Shown here piece after piece: positions 63,838 through 64,000 of a stretch of 64,000 nt of DNA. Source of the stretch: a virus. The DNA is taken from positions 7,149-71,148 of the IMG/VR virus record IMGVR_UViG_3300002483_000009; one strand, 5' to 3'. The first letter of the stretch is position 1. Each line of letters starts with the position of its first letter. A model generated the notes under the pieces. That model had not been told where the DNA came from. It saw only the letters and a list, made by a program, of their open reading frames with translations, and made no database searches. A program made the position numbers and the translations under genes.

Positions 63838-64000
63838 ACATCTCCAATAGTTCTTTTATTGATTGTGTAAAGGACATCTGAAAACTATACCTATCATGAT
63901 TTGTTTCATTAAATGCATTATGTAATGTGTCCGTGGTTGCTAATAAAGATTTTTTTGAATAAAGATGCGTGTGTGCTACGTTTTTATTCTCGTCGTAAAA
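63821..64000 (-). CDS. C-terminal part of a probable 2OG-Fe(II)-like protein (truncated by the window edge)
   Basis: Open frame ...TLHNAFNETNHDRYSFQMSF..., stop at 63821-63823. Confidence 0.5.
   Translation of the reverse strand, partial: FYDENKNVAHTHLYSKKSLLATTDTLHNAFNETNHDRYSFQMSFTQSIKELLEMYDSRT

Noticed and set aside
1-64000. Stop-codon reassignment, introns/inteins, tRNAs
   Set aside because: Conserved enzymes are full length in code 11 and end in TAA, TAG or TGA; the polymerase is uninterrupted; intergenic gaps are short and no cloverleaf was recognised

Overview
A gene-dense, AT-rich segment of a large T4-like or jumbo tailed dsDNA phage, probably marine (inferred from gene content). 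No rRNA, tRNA or CRISPR was seen. The plus strand (1-43088) carries, in order: a lipoprotein subtilase; a late block (about 5.3-15.3 kb) of small or modular proteins; a family B DNA polymerase and probable sliding clamp; a 7-deazaguanine cluster; an RNase H-like 5'-3' exonuclease; and a MoxR/VWA pair. Proteins of the late block share an N-terminal motif resembling the T4 capsid-targeting sequence and have hydrophobic-X-Glu junctions between modules; their cargo includes a Cu/Zn SOD, a nucleotidyltransferase-nucleotidase fusion and very basic two-Cys peptides. The 7-deazaguanine cluster has TGT/DpdA-like, QueD-like, FolE, QueE and VUT transporter genes but no QueC in the window, interleaved with a GT4, GalE, GMP reductase, a PRTase and two amidinotransferases. 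The minus strand (43054-64000) carries an amino-sugar or glycan tailoring operon (DegT aminotransferase, carbamoyltransferase, five SPASM/twitch radical SAM paralogs, glycosyltransferases) with an alternative oxidase embedded in it, then tail proteins and 2OG-Fe(II)-like genes. Many genes appear to be leaderless, with the ATG 5-8 nt after a TAAATA box or a sigma70 -10 box. All calls come from motif recognition by eye; no database search was run.
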